From a virus, in the IMG/VR virus record IMGVR_UViG_3300029867_000009, positions 1 through 36,754 of that record: a stretch of 36,754 nt of DNA; one strand, 5' to 3'. Position numbers and translations under genes: made by a program. The notes under the pieces were generated by a model, which was not told the origin of the DNA, did not search any database, and saw nothing but the letters and a program-made list of their open reading frames with translations. Shown here in pieces: positions 14,894-20,872 of this stretch (position 1 is the first letter of the stretch; each line of letters starts with the position of its first letter).

Positions 14894-15701
14894 CAGGGCT
14901 TTCCCCCATATTTTGGCTCCTGCTGGCAGCTTTTTCGAAACTCTCAGCTTGTTGTACAGCTCCTTGGCTGCCGCCTCCTCTCCTGCCTGGCCCGGAAATT
15001 CCCGCTTTGCTTCCACCATAAGAGTTTGCACACCAGTTGCGGAAAGTTGCATTCCAATCGAGTTTGACAGCTTTTGCACCAGAGACGCCGATCCAGTAGT
15101 TTGTGAATTTGTACAATTCGTCATTGATCTGTTCAGCGGTAAAGTTGTGCCTGTCTGCAATGGACTTTGCAAGCGGCTCACTAGGTGTCCAACCTTCTGG
15201 AAGTCTGGTTCCTTTTTTTGCATTAGATTTTCCCTTGGGTTCGAGAACTGCGACAGCGGTTCCCTCTATACTATTCTTATCTGTATCTGTATCTGTATCT
15301 GTATCTTTATGGTTCAACGTTTGTTCAACGTCCGTTGCAACTTGTTGTTTTTTAACAGGTTTTTGTGACGCTTTTCTAGCGGCTGCTGAAGCCTTGCCTG
15401 CTTTAGATGCGCGAGATTGTTTTGTAATCACCGCTTTTAAGTCATTATCAATACGGCTATGTCGCCACTCAATTTCATTTATGTTGAAGAACTCTTCCAA
15501 CGTCTGTTTAACGTCTGTCCAACGTTCGTTAGATAAGCGTGCAATCCTTGCAAGCTTAATATCGTTGTTTGGAAGTGGCTTTCCGCGTTGCCAGTAATTG
15601 AATATAAGCAAAAGGTATGCACCGTGCTCCTCTGTAGAAAGGTGCGCCGTGTCTGCAAGATAATCTGCGACATATAATTGAATGTATGGCAATGCGGCCA
15701 T
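14877..15701 (-). CDS. Replication protein: DUF1376 (YdaU-like) N-domain plus DnaT-like C-domain
   Basis: LPYIQLYVADYLADTAHLSTEEHGAYLLLIFNYWQRGKPLPNN matches the DUF1376 pattern. LPEGWTP...YKFTNYWIGVSGAKAVKLDWNATFRNWC matches the DnaT DNA-binding-domain pattern. Confidence 0.8.
   Translation of the reverse strand: MAALPYIQLYVADYLADTAHLSTEEHGAYLLLIFNYWQRGKPLPNNDIKLARIARLSNERWTDVKQTLEEFFNINEIEWRHSRIDNDLKAVITKQSRASKAGKASAAARKASQKPVKKQQVATDVEQTLNHKDTDTDTDTDKNSIEGTAVAVLEPKGKSNAKKGTRLPEGWTPSEPLAKSIADRHNFTAEQINDELYKFTNYWIGVSGAKAVKLDWNATFRNWCANSYGGSKAGISGPGRRGGGSQGAVQQAESFEKAASRSQNMGESPDDFFA
15278..15307. repeat. Hexanucleotide microsatellite (tatctg)x4 plus one imperfect unit, encoding a (DT)n linker
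   Basis: Read directly from the sequence. It translates to DTDTDTDTD between the two domains of the replication protein. Confidence 0.95.
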
Positions 15702-15745
15702 GGTGAGTCCTTAAATTAAGAAACTCCCGGCTTTTATATGGGGGC

Positions 15746-15840
15746 TTCTGAGGTTAATGTTCTGAGGATTGGGAGCGCAACTTAATGCTACCTCAGAAAC
15801 GCTTTCCACATCGGGCATGAAACCGATGGGGTGCGCTCCC
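15746..15840 (-). promoter_or_regulatory. Structured leader / iteron-like region upstream of the replication gene
   Basis: A 9-bp closing stem GGGAGCGCA (15771..15779) / TGCGCTCCC (15832..15840) encloses the nested hairpin CATCGG-8nt-CCGATG. The 8-mer TTCTGAGG occurs at 15746..15753 and 15760..15767, with an inverted copy at 15791..15798. Confidence 0.45.
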
Positions 15841-15847
15841 ATTGCGT

Positions 15848-15876
15848 ATAATATTATTTAGTTAGTCTTCGTGCAA
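15848..15876 (-). promoter_or_regulatory. sigma70-like promoter (TTGCAC-17-TATTAT) for the replication operon
   Basis: On the minus strand, TTGCAC is at 15876..15871 and TATTAT at 15853..15848. The predicted start site falls at the base of the 70-nt stem structure. Confidence 0.5.
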
Positions 15877-15877
15877 G

Positions 15878-16081
15878 TTATTTATGGTCTTCAAATACAG
15901 GTTCTACCCAGTAGATGGAATTGCGAGTGTATCTTTGTGAAAGCACAGATTTGGCTAATGCCTTGAAATATGGCATCTCCTTTTTGTCACTGTAGAACCC
16001 CAGTGCGGTGCTTTCACTACATATCACCCCTAGCTTCGGCTGTTTTACTTCTGTGCTGAATATGGTTTTGATGTCAGTCAC
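15878..16081 (-). CDS. Hypothetical protein
   Basis: The track ORF starts at GTG 16096. The in-frame GTG at 16081 has GAGGAG 8 nt upstream, so it is the preferred start. Confidence 0.55.
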   Translation of the reverse strand: MTDIKTIFSTEVKQPKLGVICSESTALGFYSDKKEMPYFKALAKSVLSQRYTRNSIYWVEPVFEDHK

Positions 16082-16199
16082 CGTCTTTCTCCTCACGCTT
16101 CCACTTTGCCCGCAGCTCCTGCATCTTCTTCGCTGCGCCGGGTTCGTACTTCTCTAGGTCTTTCACCGTTTTAAACTCCATCCAGCCTTTATTTTCCAT
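16074..16199 (-). CDS. Hypothetical 41-aa protein
   Basis: Verified codon by codon: MENKGWMEFKTVKDLEKYEPGAAKKMQELRAKWKREEKDGD. It overlaps its neighbours by 8-11 nt. Confidence 0.4.
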   Translation of the reverse strand: MENKGWMEFKTVKDLEKYEPGAAKKMQELRAKWKREEKDGD

Positions 16200-16344
16200 A
16201 GTCCTTCTCCCGCATTGATTTTGCTATCTGTTTGATTGCTTCAACGTGCGCCTTGGGTACCCTTACGCCGACCTTGACGAAGCCTAGGTCTTCCTGGCGC
16301 TGGTTGTAGGCGTTCTCTGCCTCTACTTGGCTTTGCTGTCTCAT
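16189..16344 (-). CDS. Small RHH-like protein (51 aa)
   Basis: Verified codon by codon: MRQQSQVEAENAYNQRQEDLGFVKVGVRVPKAHVEAIKQIAKSMREKDYGK. It has a strand-helix pattern like CopG/Arc and an ATGA overlap with the upstream gene. Confidence 0.45.
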   Translation of the reverse strand: MRQQSQVEAENAYNQRQEDLGFVKVGVRVPKAHVEAIKQIAKSMREKDYGK

Positions 16345-16553
16345 CCGAATAGTTTCTCCCAAAATGTCTTTTCTTTAACTTCTGGCTCGCGTTCTTCAAA
16401 ATGCTTGCAAATAGGAGCCTTCACATCACGGCAGTTAGGTGACTGACCGCTTACAATGTCCCGCTTATCCTCGAATGCGGGAGAATTACAGAGTGGCGGA
16501 AGTGGGGCTATAATATAAATCTCATAGTGCTTACATTCCCTGCAATAATTCAT
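16341..16553 (-). CDS. Cys-rich small protein (CxxCxH[YF] family, a paralogue of 19202..19669)
   Basis: 70-aa ORF MNYCRECKHYE...LCNS...SPNCRDVKAPICKHFEE. Confidence 0.65.
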   Translation of the reverse strand: MNYCRECKHYEIYIIAPLPPLCNSPAFEDKRDIVSGQSPNCRDVKAPICKHFEEREPEVKEKTFWEKLFG

Positions 16554-16579
16554 ATTCTCTCTCCGTTGTTTCTATAAAT

Positions 16580-16609
16580 AGTATATGGTAGACCATAACA
16601 GGAATGCAA
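16580..16609 (-). promoter_or_regulatory. Candidate sigma70-like promoter (TTGCAT-18-TATACT)
   Basis: On the minus strand, TTGCAT is at 16609..16604 and TATACT at 16585..16580, upstream of the CDS at 16553. Confidence 0.35.
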
Positions 16610-16645
16610 GGACTAAATGAGATTTCTTTTATTTTTTTGAGAGAG

Positions 16646-16678
16646 TCGGAGTGCAACGGGGGAAGCGCCACACTCCGA
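16646..16678. other. 8-bp-stem hairpin flanked by a T-run (5') and an A-run (3')
   Basis: TCGGAGTG (16646..16653) pairs with CACTCCGA (16671..16678), with a 17-nt loop. T-run at 16627..16638 and A-rich run at 16678..16690. A 12-bp palindrome ATGAGCGCTCAT lies at 16720..16731. Confidence 0.6.
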
Positions 16679-16743
16679 AATGAAAAATACATAAAACCGT
16701 ACTATCGGGTACTGTTAATATGAGCGCTCATTATAGCGAGGGT

Positions 16744-17151
16744 TTAAGCTAAAGCAATCATTTCTATCAGGTCTTGCCTGTCTACAGGAAGGAAGTGTTT
16801 CAAGATTGCGTTCATTGCGTCGTTATAGAGCCTGTCGAAATCCTCTTGCTTCATGCTCTTGAACGATATGCTTTCAGGAATAAACATAGCCCTGGTTGCG
16901 TGCGGAACCTCTATCCACTTGCCCCGCTGTAGTGTGGCCATTAACACAAACCTGAATTGTTCCACCGTGTCGTAGTCATCGCTATTGTCTACAACGATGT
17001 TCATCAAGGCGAAGAACTTGCGGTGATGCTGTGGATTGCGTGGCCTGTTGCCCTTCAATTCAACCAGCGCACCCTGTTTGGTCTTGTAATGCCAGTCAGA
17101 CGCTTCTTTATCTGCGGGGCTAAACCCTTCATATGTGCGCTGGAATAGCAT
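16744..17151 (-). CDS. NinB-like (DUF1367-like) recombination accessory protein
   Basis: NRPRNPQHHRKFFALMNIV and ESISFKSMKQEDFDRLYNDAM parallel lambda NinB NRSLDQNRKLWACLGDV and GQSTSRMRVGEFAELLELI. It lies adjacent to RecT. Confidence 0.45.
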   Translation of the reverse strand: MLFQRTYEGFSPADKEASDWHYKTKQGALVELKGNRPRNPQHHRKFFALMNIVVDNSDDYDTVEQFRFVLMATLQRGKWIEVPHATRAMFIPESISFKSMKQEDFDRLYNDAMNAILKHFLPVDRQDLIEMIALA

Positions 17152-18152
17152 TACTTTATCATGCCAAGCTGGTCTTCAAGTGCCGCCTCTAGCTCTTTCA
17201 GGTGTTCAGGTGTGCCGCCAGCGCGCAATACTTCTGTGTTGGCTACCTTGTGCATTTCACGGCAATTGTCTGCATCCCATTCGCTAGCCATCTTCTTGCA
17301 GTGGTCTTCAACGAAGTGTTCAATGTCTTCACTGGTTAGCTTTGGGCCAGCCTTAAGACGGTCAACGTGCTTTTCTTTCTCAGCCTTAAAGCCCTCAAAT
17401 TCTTCAGGCCATTCCTTGTATAGCTCTTTGATTAGGCTTTTAACTTTATCACTAGCCAAGAACTCTTCAAACGCTTCAGCCGTTGTGGTCTGCGTCATTT
17501 CATATACGGCGGCTTTCATATCCTTATGCACTGCCGTTTTCGTGCGGGTCGTTTTAGGTGTTGCCGGGGTGCTATTGTCTGCCTGCCCCATTTCGTCACC
17601 AGTATACAAACCACTTAGTTCATGTGGAAATGCTTTACGCAATGCCAGGGACTCGGCACACTTGGCAATCATAACGTCACCCATATTATTCCACATATGA
17701 GTTAAACCGCCGTCTCTTTTGGTCTGCGAATAGGCATCAAATCTTGCAATGCCCCATAGGACTTCAGTGAAATCAGAACGCATTACGCCGACCTTTGCGG
17801 CAGAAGGCGGGGTTTTAGCAATCCATACATCGCGCCATTGCCCATCGTCACCACACCACAGCGGGCCTACTTGCCCTGAATACTTCCCGCTTCTCTCAGC
17901 AATTAAACGGAACCCATCAATAGAGATTTGAATAGACATAACCTCGCGCTTGGCTTTGCTGTCCCATCGTTTAACAGCGAAAATCTGGCGTGTCAGCGGG
18001 TCAAGCTGTGTGCGTTGGCATTGGTGCAAGAATAATTGCAGCTCATCATCTGTAGACCCTTGGCAAATAGTTCTCTTAATTAGATCAATCTGCTTATCAT
18101 CATAAGCAACCATGTTTTGCGCCGGTTGTTCGTATTGTGCTAGCTCGTTCAT
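17151..18152 (-). CDS. recT: RecT-family single-strand annealing protein with a C-terminal extension
   Basis: [44 protein letters not shown] and [28 protein letters not shown] are typical RecT strings. About 140 extra acidic/helical residues follow. Confidence 0.8.
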   Translation of the reverse strand: MNELAQYEQPAQNMVAYDDKQIDLIKRTICQGSTDDELQLFLHQCQRTQLDPLTRQIFAVKRWDSKAKREVMSIQISIDGFRLIAERSGKYSGQVGPLWCGDDGQWRDVWIAKTPPSAAKVGVMRSDFTEVLWGIARFDAYSQTKRDGGLTHMWNNMGDVMIAKCAESLALRKAFPHELSGLYTGDEMGQADNSTPATPKTTRTKTAVHKDMKAAVYEMTQTTTAEAFEEFLASDKVKSLIKELYKEWPEEFEGFKAEKEKHVDRLKAGPKLTSEDIEHFVEDHCKKMASEWDADNCREMHKVANTEVLRAGGTPEHLKELEAALEDQLGMIK

Positions 18153-18403
18153 TAGCCTCTCCCTAGTTTTGTGTAATCTGCTGGCATGTCCTCACGGATA
18201 AACTCGATTTCCTTATCAAGTACCGCTAGTATTTCCGCCTTCATGTCTGCGGTCTGGTATTCAGGATCGAAGTATTTCTTATCATCATCTGATCTATCAA
18301 TACGGTTCACAGAAAGCCAAGCCGCTAGTTCATCGGCGATCTTCAGAAACTTCACCTTGTCAGCTTCTATTTCTTCTATGCGGGCTTCGTCGTAATCGTT
18401 CAT
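18152..18403 (-). CDS. Strongly acidic small protein, first gene of the early-left operon
   Basis: 83 aa. By hand count, about 23 D/E against about 13 K/R. TAATG coupling to recT. Confidence 0.65.
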   Translation of the reverse strand: MNDYDEARIEEIEADKVKFLKIADELAAWLSVNRIDRSDDDKKYFDPEYQTADMKAEILAVLDKEIEFIREDMPADYTKLGRG

Positions 18404-18426
18404 TTTGTCTCTCCTTGTTTCATCTT

Positions 18427-18454
18427 AATATAAGGGTTATTTTAAACATGTCAA
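18427..18454 (-). promoter_or_regulatory. Leftward early promoter (TTGACA-16-TATATT)
   Basis: On the minus strand, a perfect -35 TTGACA is at 18454..18449 and TATATT at 18432..18427. The palindrome CAACATTTTGTTG (18452..18464) overlaps the -35. Confidence 0.6.
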
Positions 18455-18461
18455 CATTTTG

Positions 18462-18490
18462 TTGTTGCTTTTGTAAAAGTAATGTATATA
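18462..18490 (+). promoter_or_regulatory. Rightward early promoter candidate (TTGTTG-17-TATATA)
   Basis: On the plus strand, the hexamers are at 18462..18467 and 18485..18490, upstream of the RBS AAGGAAA and the ATG at 18516. Confidence 0.4.
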
Positions 18491-18515
18491 TTAATAATGG
18501 AAAGGAAATGATTTA

Positions 18516-18746
18516 ATGAGTAAGAATAAACACACCAAACAGGCGGTTGCTAATGTTGAGTCGGCGCTTGTGAAGGCGCAAGTTAAGCTTGGCTCCCTTC
18601 TCGCTAGAACAGGTATAGCCGCCTCGCAGTGGTCCCAATATAAAGGCGGGTTCAATAGCCCTTCAGTAGAAAGATGGGTTATGGTTGAGATGGAATTAGC
18701 AGGCATTCTTGAAGAAATCAGGGAGCTTGAAAATGGACGCGAATAA
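18516..18746 (+). CDS. Cro/XRE-like HTH regulator
   Basis: 76 aa. LGSLLARTGIAASQWSQYKGGFNSP is an HTH pattern. It is the first gene of the rightward operon at the divergent switch region. Confidence 0.65.
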   Translation: MSKNKHTKQAVANVESALVKAQVKLGSLLARTGIAASQWSQYKGGFNSPSVERWVMVEMELAGILEEIRELENGRE

Positions 18747-19209
18747 ATTCCTTGTAGATTACATCAGGCCGGTATTGTCTGAAATGGATATGTTTAGCGC
18801 ACCTGCTGAAAAGCTTTTGCTAATGACGGCGTGCCACGAAAGCGGCGGTTTCAGAACAAAGGTTCAAGACGGTGGAGGCCCTGCAAGGTCTTACTTTCAG
18901 GTAGAGCCTACAACGCTTGAAGATCTATCGGATAATTACCTACGTTACAGGCCGCATAAAATACGTGTGCTTGAGAAGTTCGAGGGTGAAGGCGATAGCT
19001 TGGCAGAGATGCTGCTTGATAACCGTTACTCTGTGGCAGTTGCCAGGATGATCTATTCTCGCGTTCCTGAGCCGCTACCAGCCGTTGAAGACAATAAAAA
19101 CATGGCTAGGTACTGGAAGACATATTGGAACACACATCTAGGCGCTGGAACTGTTAAGAAGTTTCTTGCGGATTGGAAGTTATATAGGCCGGAGGGATAC
19201 CATGAATAA
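18733..19209 (+). CDS. Lysozyme-like / lytic-transglycosylase-like protein (endolysin candidate)
   Basis: ATG at 18733 with GGGAG upstream. TACHESGGF...GGGPARSYFQVEPTT resembles the E-S ... G-x-x-Q motifs of SLT-type enzymes. No signal peptide. Confidence 0.4.
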   Translation: MDANKFLVDYIRPVLSEMDMFSAPAEKLLLMTACHESGGFRTKVQDGGGPARSYFQVEPTTLEDLSDNYLRYRPHKIRVLEKFEGEGDSLAEMLLDNRYSVAVARMIYSRVPEPLPAVEDNKNMARYWKTYWNTHLGAGTVKKFLADWKLYRPEGYHE

Positions 19210-19669
19210 GTCCTTAGATGACATTAAAGATTGCGAAAACTGTGAGCACTTTCAGCGGAAATATGAATGGGTTCAGAATGGTGAGAGGAAGCATAGAAAA
19301 ACAAGACCTTCTGAATGCCAAAACGATGATTTTCCACCGATTGTGAATGGAGAAAGGTCATGCGCTCTTATGCGGTCCACCCTGTGTGGAAGAGAAGCGT
19401 CTGGATATGAGCATATAGATTGGATTGAGCGCCGCGATATTTCTAGAAGGTATTATGCGCATGTAGCCAAAATTAAGGAACATGCGAAAAAATGCCCGTG
19501 GACAGAGTCGATAATTTCTTTTTTTCTGCACCTATGCTTCATAATTCCCGGTATCGCCTACAAAGATAAAAAAGAAGAACCTCGTTATGCTGAGGCGCGT
19601 GAGCTTTATCCTTGGCCTAATGATCTTCCTCAATATCTGTCATTCAATCGTTTAAATAAGTGGGATTAA
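19202..19669 (+). CDS. Cys-rich protein with a C-terminal TM segment (CxxCxH[YF] family)
   Basis: ATG at 19202 (GGAGGG upstream, overlapping the previous stop). DCENCEHFQ...SECQ...ERSCALMRSTLCGREASGYE, with the hydrophobic stretch IISFFLHLCFIIPGIAY. Confidence 0.6.
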   Translation: MNKSLDDIKDCENCEHFQRKYEWVQNGERKHRKTRPSECQNDDFPPIVNGERSCALMRSTLCGREASGYEHIDWIERRDISRRYYAHVAKIKEHAKKCPWTESIISFFLHLCFIIPGIAYKDKKEEPRYAEARELYPWPNDLPQYLSFNRLNKWD

Positions 19670-19672
19670 GCT

Positions 19673-19852
19673 ATGAAAAAGTCATCAGTTGACACTCCAA
19701 AAAATTGTTTGATCGGGTGTATTTTGGCTGTTGCCCTTATGGTTCTTGCTGACGTTTTAGAACACTTCGGGTGGGTAGGTGAGGCTAAAGATTTCCTGAT
19801 CATTATGATTATTATGCGGCTCTATATCATGGAAAAGGGGTTAAGCTCATGA
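19673..19852 (+). CDS. 59-aa membrane protein
   Basis: Hand translation gives MKKSSVDTPKNCLIGCILAVALMVLADVLEHFGWVGEAKDFLIIMIIMRLYIMEKGLSS. ATGA overlap with the next gene. It is just below the track cutoff. Confidence 0.5.
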   Translation: MKKSSVDTPKNCLIGCILAVALMVLADVLEHFGWVGEAKDFLIIMIIMRLYIMEKGLSS

Positions 19853-19870
19853 GCAAACAGTCATCAGTTG
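19843..19870 (+). repeat. 28-bp gene-start repeat, copy 1 (AAGCTCATGAGCAAACAGTCATCAGTTG)
   Basis: Identical to 20178..20205. A 15-bp partial copy (AGTCATCAGTTGACA, matching 19859..19873) lies at 19680..19694. Confidence 0.95.
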
Positions 19871-20187
19871 ACAACATTTCAAAAGGCCCGTGGCATGTCG
19901 AATATGAATTAGACGACGACCACGTGCGCAATGGAATAGTTTTTGTTTGCAATCCAGAAACGGAATGTGACCAAACAGTTATTGCCACATTATCTAAGTT
20001 CGACGCCACAGACGAGGAGCAAAAAGCGAACGCCTATCTTATGGCTTCAGCGCCTGAAACATATGCGCTCTTGATGGAAATGAACCTGTATTTTCACGAA
20101 GGATACACGCCTGCAAACAAGTATGAGCAGGGTTTGCGGGATAGGGTTAAGGCTGCCATGGCAAAAGCTAAAGGGAAAAGCTCATGA
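19849..20187 (+). CDS. Hypothetical protein (conserved ANAxLxAxAPE-type phage motif)
   Basis: 112 aa with GPWHV... and KANAYLMASAPETYALL. It is bracketed by the 28-bp repeats. Confidence 0.7.
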   Translation: MSKQSSVDNISKGPWHVEYELDDDHVRNGIVFVCNPETECDQTVIATLSKFDATDEEQKANAYLMASAPETYALLMEMNLYFHEGYTPANKYEQGLRDRVKAAMAKAKGKSS

Positions 20188-20205
20188 GCAAACAGTCATC
20201 AGTTG
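20178..20205 (+). repeat. 28-bp gene-start repeat, copy 2
   Basis: Identical to 19843..19870. It covers the stop/start overlap and the MSKQSSV codons of the methyltransferase-like gene. Confidence 0.95.
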
Positions 20206-20864
20206 GCAAGCTGAGGGTGCTGATAGGTTGCGAGTATAGCGGGCGCGTGCGTGACGCTTTTATTGCGCTCGGCCATGACGCTATGAGCTGCGACCTTCTA
20301 CCATCAGATACCGAAGGCCCGCATTATCAAGGTGATGTTCTTGATGTTCTTGATGATGGATGGGACTTGGCTATCTTTCATCCCGTCTGCACATATCTGA
20401 CTATATCAGCCGAGTGGTGCTATACAGAAAAGGCGGGTCTGAAGGTTAAGCCTGGAACACTTTTTGGTGCTGCACGAAAAGAGGCACGAAAAGAGGCTAT
20501 CGCATTTACTGAAAAATTATGGCTATCAAAAATAAAGAGAGTGGCGCTTGAAAATCCAGTAGGCGTTCTTTCTACTCAATCGTGCCTGGGCAAGCCTACG
20601 CAAATCATTCATCCCAATCAATATGGTCACGACGCCAGCAAGAGAACATGCTTGTGGATACGAGGGTTGATGCCGTTGAGGCCAACAAAACTAATTGAAC
20701 CTCGTTGGGTTGACGGCAAACCCCGATGGGCAAACCAGACAGACAGCGGCCAGAATAAACTGGGACCGTCCAAGGACAGGGCGCACAAGCGGAGCCTTAC
20801 CTATCAGGGCTGGTCTGACGCTTTCGCGGAGCAATGGGGTGGTGACGCAAGGAGAACGGCATGA
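20184..20864 (+). CDS. DNA cytosine-C5 methyltransferase-like protein (small phage type)
   Basis: VLIGCEYSGRVRDAF (motif I region), FHPVCTYLT (motif IV with the catalytic Cys), ALENPVG (motif VI) and a C-terminal RSLTYQGWSDAFAEQW. Confidence 0.75.
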   Translation: MSKQSSVGKLRVLIGCEYSGRVRDAFIALGHDAMSCDLLPSDTEGPHYQGDVLDVLDDGWDLAIFHPVCTYLTISAEWCYTEKAGLKVKPGTLFGAARKEARKEAIAFTEKLWLSKIKRVALENPVGVLSTQSCLGKPTQIIHPNQYGHDASKRTCLWIRGLMPLRPTKLIEPRWVDGKPRWANQTDSGQNKLGPSKDRAHKRSLTYQGWSDAFAEQWGGDARRTA

Positions 20865-20872
20865 AGAAACCA

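Noticed and set aside
14585-15223. The full 212-aa track ORF overlaps the replication gene by 347 nt.
   Set aside because: The N-terminal 110 residues are low-complexity and lack an RBS. The internal ATG at 14893 has a strong SD and reduces the overlap to 17 nt.
15771-15840. The 70-nt stem-closed element looked tRNA-sized, so I considered a phage tRNA.
   Set aside because: On neither strand is there a 7-bp acceptor, D-arm, anticodon-arm and T-arm layout. There is no GTTCRANYC T-loop, the inner hairpin has a 6-bp stem with an 8-nt loop, and 3 unpaired nucleotides lie between it and the closing stem.
16646-16678. The hairpin looked like a rho-independent terminator for the NinB-like gene.
   Set aside because: On both strands the U-run precedes the stem and an A-run follows it, which is the wrong polarity for an intrinsic terminator. 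It is kept as an unexplained structure.
18491-18706. Minus-strand 71-aa ORF opposite the Cro-like gene.
   Set aside because: It is antisense to a well-supported HTH gene, has no RBS, and would start inside the rightward promoter/RBS region.
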